Shown: piece after piece, positions 37,534-45,640 of the stretch | How positions within the stretch are numbered: position 1 is the stretch's first letter | Layout: each line of letters opens with the position of its first letter | Origin: a virus | Direction: 5' to 3' (one strand) | IMG/VR virus record: IMGVR_UViG_3300010885_033832 | Coordinates: 31,417-95,416 of that record | DNA: 64,000 bases | Translations under genes and position numbers: made by a program | Notes under the pieces: model-generated | The model's database searches: none | Seen by the model: only the letters and a program-made list of their open reading frames with translations | What the model was told of the DNA's origin: nothing

Positions 37534-37938
37534 CTAGTAACTAGCGTGTGGAACTACCTCACCGAGATACTTGGCAACATCATAGATGTCCTCAAGCGAG
37601 ATGTGCTTGGACTCACCCTTGTTGTTGTACGCGCTGGCGAACCCTTGGAAGTATCGGTGCTTTTCCGAACCGACTTCCATAATGATTGCTACCCAATCAT
37701 CCGCGAGGTGCTTGATGAACAAGTCCTCCCAGATGATGACGGTGTCCTCGTCTGTCTCCTCGTTGTAGGTCGTGGAGGGCAGACCACCCTCGTCTGTGTC
37801 GAGGAATCCGAACAGCACTTGTCCGTCTTGCTCCTGCGAAATCATCTCGACAGGGTAGTTCATAATGTCCTCGCGGAATGCTTCAGGGTCTTTGACCGCG
37901 AAGTAGTTGGTACGGACCTTGCCGTAGTAGTTCGCCAT
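37534..37938 (-). CDS. Conserved hypothetical protein (MANYY...RTNYFAVKD...EVGSEK.RY)
   Basis: 134 aa; TAATG coupling. Confidence 0.82.
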   Translation of the reverse strand: MANYYGKVRTNYFAVKDPEAFREDIMNYPVEMISQEQDGQVLFGFLDTDEGGLPSTTYNEETDEDTVIIWEDLFIKHLADDWVAIIMEVGSEKHRYFQGFASAYNNKGESKHISLEDIYDVAKYLGEVVPHASY

Positions 37939-38108
37939 TACTCGCTCACCTGCTCGACAATGTTTTCCATTGTGAACTCGCCACCCTGAACAAAGAAGTC
38001 ATCCGAAATCATCTCGTCAAACATCTTTTCCGCTTCCTCGATACTGGCCGCTTCGACCGTGGCTTCGAGGTTCTTGATGAGTGTGGCGTATGCCGTGTAC
38101 TTTTTCAT
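37938..38108 (-). CDS. Small protein with VEAxSxEEA (DpnD/PcfM-like) motif
   Basis: 56 aa; GAAAGGA SD. Confidence 0.72.
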   Translation of the reverse strand: MKKYTAYATLIKNLEATVEAASIEEAEKMFDEMISDDFFVQGGEFTMENIVEQVSE

Positions 38109-38199
38109 TCTGTTCCTTTCCGATCGCGTGACCATCACCCGACCTGTTTCCAAACTACGGCAAAGAGGGAGGAGACGATAGTCTCCCCCCTCCTGTCCG

Positions 38200-38832
38200 T
38201 TACTTCGTGGCGAGTTCGATTGACTTGGGGCAATCGGCGTACCAGCATTCGGGGTCAGTCTCGACCTCGCAGTAGCACTCGCGGTCACGCTTCTGGTAGT
38301 CGGCGTGGCTGTTGGGGATGTCGTACTCCTCGTCCACGATTACCTCACCGTCCTTGAGCGTGAGTTCTCCACCCCAGCCCTGCTCCTCCTCGTACCACCA
38401 CGACATTTCGAGGTGCGGATACTGCTCGGCAAGGGCAGCGACCACGCCACGCGGATAATCCCACGGAGTCTGGAATGTGATTCGGATTTGGTTGTCCTCG
38501 TCCTCGAACTCGATGTCTCCGTCACCAGCGTCCCACTTACAACCCCAGTTGTCGGAGTTCCACGAGTACCAGTTGGTGTCGGTGTTCCCGACCTGCTCGC
38601 CGTTTACAACGCCCCTGCGACCAAAGTAATCGTCCAACTTGTCGGCTGGCGGAGCAATGATGTTCCAGAACGAGAAGCCACCCTCGTTCAGTTTGATTTC
38701 GCCTGTCGGCTCGAAGCCGTCATAGACCATTTCAGGTCGGGGCATTTCCATCTCGCGGAGGAACGATTGGAGTTCCATTTTGTCTCCGCTGGGCGCGGTG
38801 ACGGTCACGCTGTTGTAGACCCAGTTAGGCAT
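38200..38832 (-). CDS. YubB/DUF1281 ferredoxin-like-domain protein
   Basis: MPNWVYN...WYSWNSDNWGCKWD...FQTPWDYP...WYEEEQG. Confidence 0.82.
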   Translation of the reverse strand: MPNWVYNSVTVTAPSGDKMELQSFLREMEMPRPEMVYDGFEPTGEIKLNEGGFSFWNIIAPPADKLDDYFGRRGVVNGEQVGNTDTNWYSWNSDNWGCKWDAGDGDIEFEDEDNQIRITFQTPWDYPRGVVAALAEQYPHLEMSWWYEEEQGWGGELTLKDGEVIVDEEYDIPNSHADYQKRDRECYCEVETDPECWYADCPKSIELATK

Positions 38833-38918
38833 ACTGCTTCCTTTCATCGGGTAGCCAAGTGGCTACATTACAACAATAAACGAAACCCCCCTCCGAGTCA
38901 AGGGAGGGGGGTCGCGTT

Positions 38919-39209
38919 TTATCTGATGGGTTGTATTCGGTAAGCGACCTGTTCGCTCATCTTGGCAGCGAGGAACATCTTGTCGGTTACTTCGGGGAGA
39001 GGCTCGTCTCCCCACCAGTCCTGCTTGTCCACATCAAAGTAGTCGAGCAGGTAGGAGACCATTTCCTCGGAGTAGTCGGAGGTGTATAGCAGGCACTCCT
39101 TGGTGTCGGTCTTGGCGGTCAGGGGCGATTGGAAGAATCCACGCGCAATCCGATTCACATCAGATTCCCAGATTAGTTCCGCTTCGAGAGCGGTGGTTTC
39201 ACTCCACAT
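38919..39209 (-). CDS. Hypothetical protein, 96 aa
   Basis: GGAGG SD; overlaps upstream gene. Confidence 0.72.
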   Translation of the reverse strand: MWSETTALEAELIWESDVNRIARGFFQSPLTAKTDTKECLLYTSDYSEEMVSYLLDYFDVDKQDWWGDEPLPEVTDKMFLAAKMSEQVAYRIQPIR

Positions 39210-39345
39210 CAGTGACCTCCAAGAGCATTGTCTCGGTTTCGATTTCTTTGTACTCCCCCTGACCAATGAGGTTCTGCGCTTCTTCGAGCGTCTCGGCGAT
39301 GACCTCGACTCGTTCCCCTGTGAGGAATGTGTATGTCTTTGGCAT
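39199..39345 (-). CDS. Small protein with VIAETLEEA motif, 48 aa
   Basis: GAAAGGA SD; same motif as 37938-38108. Confidence 0.7.
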   Translation of the reverse strand: MPKTYTFLTGERVEVIAETLEEAQNLIGQGEYKEIETETMLLEVTDVE

Positions 39346-39434
39346 AATGTCCTTTCCGTGAGGAGACCGTCTCCCCACGCTTCCAAACTACACAACAAGA
39401 GGGAGGAGCACAATGCTCCCCCCTCCGTGTGTTG

Positions 39435-39815
39435 TTACTGTGGGCAGACCACCTTGACATTGGCGATGTGCTGGGCGAGAGCAGGTCGCTCGGAGTCCGA
39501 GGCTTCCTCAATCAAAGCCCAGTCGGCTTCATCCCAGTTACTGGTGTCCACCAGTTTGATTCCCTTGGCTACTCCGTACGAACCATCCTCGGCGAAGTAG
39601 GTCGTGGTAGCGACCGGCTGGGTCAGAGTGGCGAGTCGCTGGTTGATGATGTAGTCGAGTTGTTCTTCCTCGTCTCCATCAGGCCGCACCCATTCCTGCT
39701 CCTCGTCATCGAACCACGCCCGTTCGTGAAACTTGGCCATCAACGATTCATCGTCAAGCCAGAAGCCGTCATCGCTCGGATCGTAGTAGACCACGAAGTG
39801 GATTTGCTTGGTCAT
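39435..39815 (-). CDS. Acidic cassette protein, 126 aa
   Basis: GAAAGGA SD. Confidence 0.8.
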   Translation of the reverse strand: MTKQIHFVVYYDPSDDGFWLDDESLMAKFHERAWFDDEEQEWVRPDGDEEEQLDYIINQRLATLTQPVATTTYFAEDGSYGVAKGIKLVDTSNWDEADWALIEEASDSERPALAQHIANVKVVCPQ

Positions 39816-39905
39816 TCTGTTCCTTTCGGTTGGTGTGCCGGGTGGCACGATTCCATCGTACGCCGAAAAGGGAGGAGGCGTTAGCCTCCCCCCTCTCGGT
39901 GTGGG

Positions 39906-40607
39906 TTACTCCCGACCCAACATCTCGATAATGTCGGCAACGGAGGTAATCAGGTTCGCACCACGCTTGATGAGTTCGTGAGTGCCAGCGGAAGTTCCCG
40001 AAGTAATCGGGCCAGGAACTGCTCCGACCTTTGCTCGACGCTTTTTGAGCGCGTGTTTCGCGACGTTGATGGAGCCACTGCGGTAGCCAGCCTCGATAAC
40101 CACGACAGCAACCGAGAGGTTCGCCATCAACTTGCTCCGCTTCAAGAATCGTTCGCGAGTCGGAGCCGTTTTCGGAGGCGACTCCGAGAGCAGGAGTCCC
40201 GTCATCGCGACTCGGCGGAACAGTTCCGAGTGACCCGATGGGTACGCGGAGTCGAGTCCCCCAACAGCGACAACGATGGTGTTCCCACCACACGCCAGAG
40301 TGGCGCGAGTAGCCATTCCGTCAATGCCGTACGCTCCGCCAGTGATGGTGGTGTAGCCACGCGAGACGAGGCCAGCCGCGAAGTCCATCGCGACGTGTTC
40401 GCCGTAGCCCGTTGAGGCACGTGCGCCCGTGAGGGTCACGGCGTTGTTGAGGTCGGAGAGCAGGTCGAGGTTCCCCAAGTACCAGAGGTCGGGAGCCTTG
40501 TCACCAAGTCGCCTCTTGAGAAGCAGAGGGTATCGCTCGTCGGTGACGGGCAGGAACCCGATGACTTCGTGTGGGACTACGACGTTCTCTTGTTCGGTAT
40601 CTATCAT
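39906..40607 (-). CDS. dprA: DprA/Smf DNA-processing protein (Rossmann core only)
   Basis: GARASTGYG...TGGAYGID...GGLDSAYPSGH...SESPP...EAGYRSGS...VGAVPGPITS. Confidence 0.95.
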   Translation of the reverse strand: MIDTEQENVVVPHEVIGFLPVTDERYPLLLKRRLGDKAPDLWYLGNLDLLSDLNNAVTLTGARASTGYGEHVAMDFAAGLVSRGYTTITGGAYGIDGMATRATLACGGNTIVVAVGGLDSAYPSGHSELFRRVAMTGLLLSESPPKTAPTRERFLKRSKLMANLSVAVVVIEAGYRSGSINVAKHALKKRRAKVGAVPGPITSGTSAGTHELIKRGANLITSVADIIEMLGRE

Positions 40608-40692
40608 TGTGTTTCCTTTCGGTTGAGTGACGGGTGTCACAATTCCACATTACACAAGAAAAGAGGGGAGCGCAAGGCTCCCCTCCCTCTCG

Positions 40693-41415
40693 TTACTTCT
40701 TGCTGGCGGAGAATACGATGTCCGCCTTGTTGAATACGCACAGACCACAGCGTACGCAGGCACTACCCTCGTTGGAGATTAGGGGCAATGCTCCCTTGTT
40801 CTCTGGACACTTGGCACCGGGTCGGCCAGTAATCTGCTTGATTACCGATTGACCCTGCTCGAAGTTGTCCGCGAGATACGCGAGACGGATCCCATACTCC
40901 TCGCGGAGCGCGATCGCGGTGTCGAGGTTCGCGCTGTCCGCCGAGAAGTACAGCGACAGATTCGGAATGTCGCGGAGGATAATCGCGCTGTCCTCGGTTC
41001 GGGTGTAGACCCAAAACTGAACATCGGGATGATTCTCGACCACGCGCTTCCACGCGTAGGTGTAGGCGTCGTTAAAGAAATCGCCGTCCCAGTGGATACG
41101 GAACAGTTTGTCCGCGCCTCGCTTGTCGCTGTCCTTCTCAAAGTCCGTCACCATGCCGTCAAGCAGGGCGTACATCGTGTCGAGGTCAGCGTTGCGGAGC
41201 AGGTTCCAGTTGTGAACCAGCACCTCGCGTACTCCCTTGTAAATCTTTTCGAGCTTCCCGGCGTAGCAGATAATCTCGCAGACCGAGGTTGCTCCCGGGC
41301 AAGAGAATGGCTTCCCCGAGGGCAGACCGAATGTGTTGGCGATTGCTGGCGTCTTACCCGAGGGCATGACAGCGTTCGTCACCTTGCGGTCTTTAGAGCG
41401 TTTGAGCGTGTCCAT
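40693..41415 (-). CDS. GP88-family protein (mycobacteriophage gp88-like, Cys motif)
   Basis: FGLPSGKPFSCPGATSVCEIICYAG...FRIHWDGDFF...FWVYTR...CVRCGLC. Confidence 0.82.
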   Translation of the reverse strand: MDTLKRSKDRKVTNAVMPSGKTPAIANTFGLPSGKPFSCPGATSVCEIICYAGKLEKIYKGVREVLVHNWNLLRNADLDTMYALLDGMVTDFEKDSDKRGADKLFRIHWDGDFFNDAYTYAWKRVVENHPDVQFWVYTRTEDSAIILRDIPNLSLYFSADSANLDTAIALREEYGIRLAYLADNFEQGQSVIKQITGRPGAKCPENKGALPLISNEGSACVRCGLCVFNKADIVFSASKK

Positions 41416-41503
41416 AATGTCTCCTTTCGTTGGACAGTCTCAACGATACGCGGTGTAATAAAAAAGCGCAAGGAGGGGGTCTCCCCCCTCCCTGCGTTGT
41501 CGG

Positions 41504-42094
41504 TCAGTAGTGGAAGTCCACTGGCACGAGGAACCATTGGTCGGCACTCTCGCTGTCCTCCATGTCCTTGAGGAGGTAGCGCATTTCCGTGACACCGTTG
41601 GTGATGTCATAGAAGTAGGTGTCGGGCAACCAATACTCGGCAGCCATGCGCGAGAGATACCCGAACTGGTACATCGTTGAGAGCGGGTCGTACGGGAACT
41701 CGGTCGAATCACTCAGCGAGTACGCGAGGTACTCCTCAACCCGTTCCTCGAACGATTTCCCGTCCTGCTCGTTGCGGAGTTTGATTTCCTCGAGACGGCG
41801 ACGCATTTCGGTAGCGCGTGATTCGAGGCACTCGCGGATTGTCTTGGAGAACTTCTTGGGGTCTTCCGAGAAAGCGATCACATTCATCGTGTCGAACACA
41901 TAAGCGTCAGTGTTCTGGAAGAACCGACCACCACCGACAACGAACCAGTCGTACCAGTCCGCGTAAGGCCGCTCGTCTCCCGAGAGAGTGTTGTTGACCT
42001 CATGGGCCGCGCTCTCTTTGGCCTCGTCCATGTCAATGCCGTTCTCGCCAATGGTCTCGTTGCTCTTGACGGCAACCCAATGTAAAGTGTGCAT
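41504..42094 (-). CDS. Conserved phage protein (WYDWFVVGGGRF...VDFH)
   Basis: 196 aa; GAAAGGA SD. Confidence 0.8.
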   Translation of the reverse strand: MHTLHWVAVKSNETIGENGIDMDEAKESAAHEVNNTLSGDERPYADWYDWFVVGGGRFFQNTDAYVFDTMNVIAFSEDPKKFSKTIRECLESRATEMRRRLEEIKLRNEQDGKSFEERVEEYLAYSLSDSTEFPYDPLSTMYQFGYLSRMAAEYWLPDTYFYDITNGVTEMRYLLKDMEDSESADQWFLVPVDFHY

Positions 42095-42186
42095 GCTGTC
42101 TATCCTTTCCGTGGTCGGAGTTTCCGGCCACACTCTGACATTACACAAAGAAAGAGGAGGGCGCAAGCCCCCCTCCTCCTGTGTTG

Positions 42187-42609
42187 CTACGCCTCGAAGA
42201 CTACTCGACCCTCGTAGATTCCGTGCGGTGTCCACTTCCAAATCTCGCCGTCCTCGCCACGCCAGATGATGTAGCACGACACATCCACGAGGTCGCGAAT
42301 GGCGTTGATGAACTGTGACTCGTCACCAATCTTGCTGTCGTATCCGTGGACATTGAGACCGCCGTCCTCCTGAATCATGCAGTCGAACCCGAGGAGTTCG
42401 AGAACCTCCTGTGCCGAGGACACAGTCTGGTCGTAGTCGGTGGGCATCCACGAGAACCACTTCTCGTTCTCCTCACCACTTGACCATCGGCCTCCACCCT
42501 TGATTGCGTTCGGGTCGTGGTTGAGTGCCTTGAACCGCTCGAGAGCCTTGTCAAGGTTGTGTGCCGGAATCACAAAGTTCGATTCCTGAATGTTGATGTA
42601 GTAACCCAT
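42187..42609 (-). CDS. Conserved phage protein (MGY...WRGEDGEIW)
   Basis: 140 aa; GAAAGGA SD. Confidence 0.82.
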   Translation of the reverse strand: MGYYINIQESNFVIPAHNLDKALERFKALNHDPNAIKGGGRWSSGEENEKWFSWMPTDYDQTVSSAQEVLELLGFDCMIQEDGGLNVHGYDSKIGDESQFINAIRDLVDVSCYIIWRGEDGEIWKWTPHGIYEGRVVFEA

Positions 42610-42692
42610 CGGTTCCTTTCCGTGAGCAGACCTTGCTCACACTTTGAGTTTAGGACGGAAGCGAGGGGAGTGCAATGCACCCCCCTCCTCCG

Positions 42693-43070
42693 TTACTTGT
42701 GGACGCTCTCGTTCCCACAGCAGGAGCAGTAGGACTCGTGTTCGACATGGTCACAGCAGTCGTGCTTGTCCCATGTCCACTCCCCACCACCGATTGCGTA
42801 GACCCGAGTACCGTTCTTGTTCAGGTATCCCTGATACTCGATCCGTGCTTCGCTCGGGTCGCGGTCAGGCTCAACGACCCAGACTGTATCGGTCTGGGCG
42901 TTGTACCCAAACTGGTTGTAGTACTCACCAGCCATCAGCATTTGGAATACATCGTTGACCACTTGGGTCAGCGTGAACTCGGGGATGACCCATCCGTTCC
43001 ACTTCCGTGAAGCGAATGAGACACACTCCGAGGCTGGCAGGTGTTCGTTGACCACGGCGTAGTTGGTCAT
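42693..43070 (-). CDS. Hypothetical protein (WNGWVIPEFT...YAIGGGEWTW)
   Basis: 125 aa; TAATG coupling. Confidence 0.8.
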   Translation of the reverse strand: MTNYAVVNEHLPASECVSFASRKWNGWVIPEFTLTQVVNDVFQMLMAGEYYNQFGYNAQTDTVWVVEPDRDPSEARIEYQGYLNKNGTRVYAIGGGEWTWDKHDCCDHVEHESYCSCCGNESVHK

Positions 43071-43333
43071 TAGTACTGACCATCCACTTCGCTTGCCACC
43101 GCGATGAACGCGGGGTCGCTCGCCTTGCGGTCTGCCACGTACTGCTGGAACTCGAAGCGAACATCGAGTGCCTTGTTGATTTGGATGAACAGGTCGCGGA
43201 GTGCGTCTGCTCGCCCCGTGTGGTAGGCCGAGTCCTCGAGGTCACCAGTCTGCATGCTGTCACGCTCTGCCATCTGCCACTCCTCCTCGAGGTTCATGAG
43301 AATCCCCGGAACGGTATTCATTTGTGTCGACAT
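43070..43333 (-). CDS. Hypothetical protein, 87 aa
   Basis: GAAAGGAG SD. Confidence 0.78.
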   Translation of the reverse strand: MSTQMNTVPGILMNLEEEWQMAERDSMQTGDLEDSAYHTGRADALRDLFIQINKALDVRFEFQQYVADRKASDPAFIAVASEVDGQY

Positions 43334-43440
43334 CTCTGTCTCCTTTCGCGCCAGACTCTCTGGCTACCTCGAGCCTACGCTCATTACACAACAAATGCAA
43401 ACACCCCCCGCCGAAGCGAGGGGTGTCTGTTGGCGAAAGC

Positions 43441-43734
43441 CTACTGCTTGGCAGTGAGGATTTCGAGGCGGAGGGAGTGCGAGACCTTCTGAACCTTCTC
43501 GAAGATTGCAGGCCACTTCGCCTTGAGGAGGTCGCTGTCAACCAGAGTGCGCGGAACGCTCTTGGTCTTGGCAACTGCCTTGCCACGGTAGGTGGCTACC
43601 TCTGCCCCACCCATTGCATCGAGGATGCGAGTGCGGAGATCGGTGTCCTCCTTGTCGAGAGCGTTCTTCTGCTCCCGGACTTCAGCAAGTCGCTGAAGGT
43701 CGGCAACGATTGTGCCGGGTACGGATGTTTCCAT
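43441..43734 (-). CDS. Paralog of 30135-30422 (YqaJ C-terminal/Gam-like)
   Basis: EQKNALDKEDTDLRTRILDAMG...YRGKAVA...VDSDLLKAKWPAIF. Confidence 0.7.
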   Translation of the reverse strand: METSVPGTIVADLQRLAEVREQKNALDKEDTDLRTRILDAMGGAEVATYRGKAVAKTKSVPRTLVDSDLLKAKWPAIFEKVQKVSHSLRLEILTAKQ

Positions 43735-43828
43735 CGTGTCTATCCTTTCGTGACCCTACTTGGTTTCGGGTACAGTTCCACTGTACGCGAAACGACCCCC
43801 CCTCGCAAGTAGGGGGGGTCTGATTCGG

Positions 43829-44332
43829 CTAGAAGCCAGTGAGTTCGGCTTCGAGGTTCTCGATGTCGATGTTGAAGTGAGCGTCATTGATGTGCTCAAT
43901 CACATCTCCGAGGAGCGTGCGCTCGTTCTCTTGGAGTCCGTCTTTTTCCAACTGGAGGTTGACGTACCCGGCGAGGTCTTCGAGGTTCTGGTGTAGGTAC
44001 GAGATGGTCTCGAGAAACACAGTCGAGTGCTCGGGGTCAGGGAAGAACGTCTTGACGAGTTGCTCGACCTGAAGTCCGATTGCGAATCGCATGAGCGAGA
44101 TCGGGTTGTCGTACTCCGAGAAGTCGCGTTCCTCCATCTCCTCGTGCGTAACCACCGGGTATTCGAACTCGGTGTAGAGGGCGAACAGGTCATGGTTCGA
44201 CCAGTTGCGGAGTTCGTCCGCAATGAGTTGCAGCAGGAGGTTACCCTCGAAGGTCTGGCCAGCTTTTTCCTTGGCCTCCTTGCGCTTGATGACTGTGTCC
44301 ATCAGGGCGGAGGAGTGGTGCGTTCCTTGCAT
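43829..44332 (-). CDS. Acidic helical protein, 167 aa
   Basis: GAAAGGA SD. Confidence 0.78.
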   Translation of the reverse strand: MQGTHHSSALMDTVIKRKEAKEKAGQTFEGNLLLQLIADELRNWSNHDLFALYTEFEYPVVTHEEMEERDFSEYDNPISLMRFAIGLQVEQLVKTFFPDPEHSTVFLETISYLHQNLEDLAGYVNLQLEKDGLQENERTLLGDVIEHINDAHFNIDIENLEAELTGF

Positions 44333-44427
44333 AATGATTCCTTTCAGGTTGTAGGTGGATGTCACCCAATATCAATTTACAGAAAAGACCCCCCGAAGTC
44401 AAGCCGGGGGGCCCCTCTGTGTCAAGA

Positions 44428-44760
44428 CTATCCGTAGATGATGTCTCCGTAGACTGCGACCTGCAAAATTCCGCTCGAGGTGCAGAGGTCTTGGTCTTGC
44501 CAATCCCAACCACCCGAGCAGTGGCTGTAGTTCTTGTCGAGGCAGAACTGGTATGCCTTGAGCAAGTCCTCGATACCGAGTTCCTTGCGGACTTTCAATC
44601 CCTCGTTCTCAGGATCCTCGCCCGCGATTGTGAAGCGACCGAGTTTTTCCCAGGTGGCGTCTCCGTGATACTTGATGGTGACCCAGCAGGAGTCGAATTC
44701 CCATCCGCCTCCCATCGTCTCAGACCAGAAGTCCTCGTACTCGTCTTGTGTGATTTCCAT
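44428..44760 (-). CDS. Conserved phage protein (C-terminal ILQVAVYGDIIYG)
   Basis: 110 aa; widespread C-terminal motif. Confidence 0.8.
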   Translation of the reverse strand: MEITQDEYEDFWSETMGGGWEFDSCWVTIKYHGDATWEKLGRFTIAGEDPENEGLKVRKELGIEDLLKAYQFCLDKNYSHCSGGWDWQDQDLCTSSGILQVAVYGDIIYG

Positions 44761-45047
44761 TAGTTGTCCTCTCCGAACAGTCGCTGGCGTGCCGTCTTGG
44801 AACTGGCATCGCTGATGGGAACGTATGACCCGACAAAGCCGAATCCTCCGCCGTTGCCTTCCTCGTCCTTGGACAGGATAAAGAAAGTGTTGTCGTTGAA
44901 CAGGAACACGGGGGAGTGGTCGTAATCGCCCCACATGAAGTCCTCGCGTTCTTGAGCAGTGAGGTCGCGCACACCGATGATGGTTTTGTTCATCAGCGTT
45001 GCGAACTCGGTTTTGTAGAACTCGGTATAGCGTTCAGTGTCTGACAT
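44760..45047 (-). CDS. Conserved phage protein (SKDEEGNGGG motif)
   Basis: 95 aa; GAAAGGAAACACC-ATG; first cassette of the array. Confidence 0.8.
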   Translation of the reverse strand: MSDTERYTEFYKTEFATLMNKTIIGVRDLTAQEREDFMWGDYDHSPVFLFNDNTFFILSKDEEGNGGGFGFVGSYVPISDASSKTARQRLFGEDN

Positions 45048-45145
45048 GGTGTTTCCTTTCGAGGGCGTCTCCCTCCTATTACCAACATAAAGGAACCCCC
45101 TACCTGGTGTCAAGTAGGGGGTCCCCGTTGCGCGTCGTTCGGCTT

Positions 45146-45397
45146 TTATTCTCCAGAGATGGAATTTGGGGGAGTGTCCATCCACTGTGTTGCTGAATCG
45201 AACAATCGGTATTGAACTTTGGTGGTTCCATCCGGATCAACCTGGATCAAGCGGAGGTGCACTTTGTTTTTCCACGGATCGAAAAAGAACACCGTCGACT
45301 CGGGACCTTCGTACTGCCAAGCCATCGTCATGAGCAGCTTGTTCTCTTTGATCACCGCATCCTGCTCCGGAGTAGTGATGATGATGTGCTTAGCCAT
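45146..45397 (-). CDS. Hypothetical protein, 83 aa
   Basis: Coupled to upstream ORF. Confidence 0.65.
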   Translation of the reverse strand: MAKHIIITTPEQDAVIKENKLLMTMAWQYEGPESTVFFFDPWKNKVHLRLIQVDPDGTTKVQYRLFDSATQWMDTPPNSISGE

Positions 45398-45578
45398 TGA
45401 GACTCGTTGTTACCTTCCGCTTATGCTTCCAGTCCTTGGTTACATGGAACTGGCCGATATGTTCGTCGCACGGGTAGGCCCGTACTGATTTCGAGGCAAG
45501 CTGGCCAACCAGGGCTTTGCGTGCATCTTTCTTTGAGGAGTAGAGCGTCTTGTCGTGCTCTTCACATTTCTTAGTCAA
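45390..45578 (-). CDS. Small basic Zn-binding-type phage protein (RAYPCDEHIGQFHVT)
   Basis: Resembles the RxYxCxxCxxWHLT family. Confidence 0.65.
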   Translation of the reverse strand: MTKKCEEHDKTLYSSKKDARKALVGQLASKSVRAYPCDEHIGQFHVTKDWKHKRKVTTSLNG

Positions 45579-45640
45579 TTTTACCGTCTTTCGTTGGAGT
45601 TGTTTTGGCCGCGGATGCGGTTGCGGGGAATATTACACCA

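Larger units (their letters stand above)
26250..45130 (-). repeat. Array of ~35 repeated intergenic terminator/promoter/5'-hairpin/SD modules separating small genes
   Basis: Recurring G/C-tract hairpin, TTGNNN-N16-18-TANNNT, short leader hairpin, GAAAGGA(AACA) SD; near-identical copies, e.g. 28324-28366 vs 29073-29116. Confidence 0.9.

Noticed and set aside
26250-45130. Integron attC cassette array (many stops read TAAC followed by hairpins)
   Set aside because: No consistent RYYYAAC/GTTRRRY boxes, no intI in the window, and the cassettes carry their own promoters
26250-45130. CRISPR array
   Set aside because: Repeats are degenerate, the intervening DNA is 100-800 bp of coding sequence, and no cas genes are present
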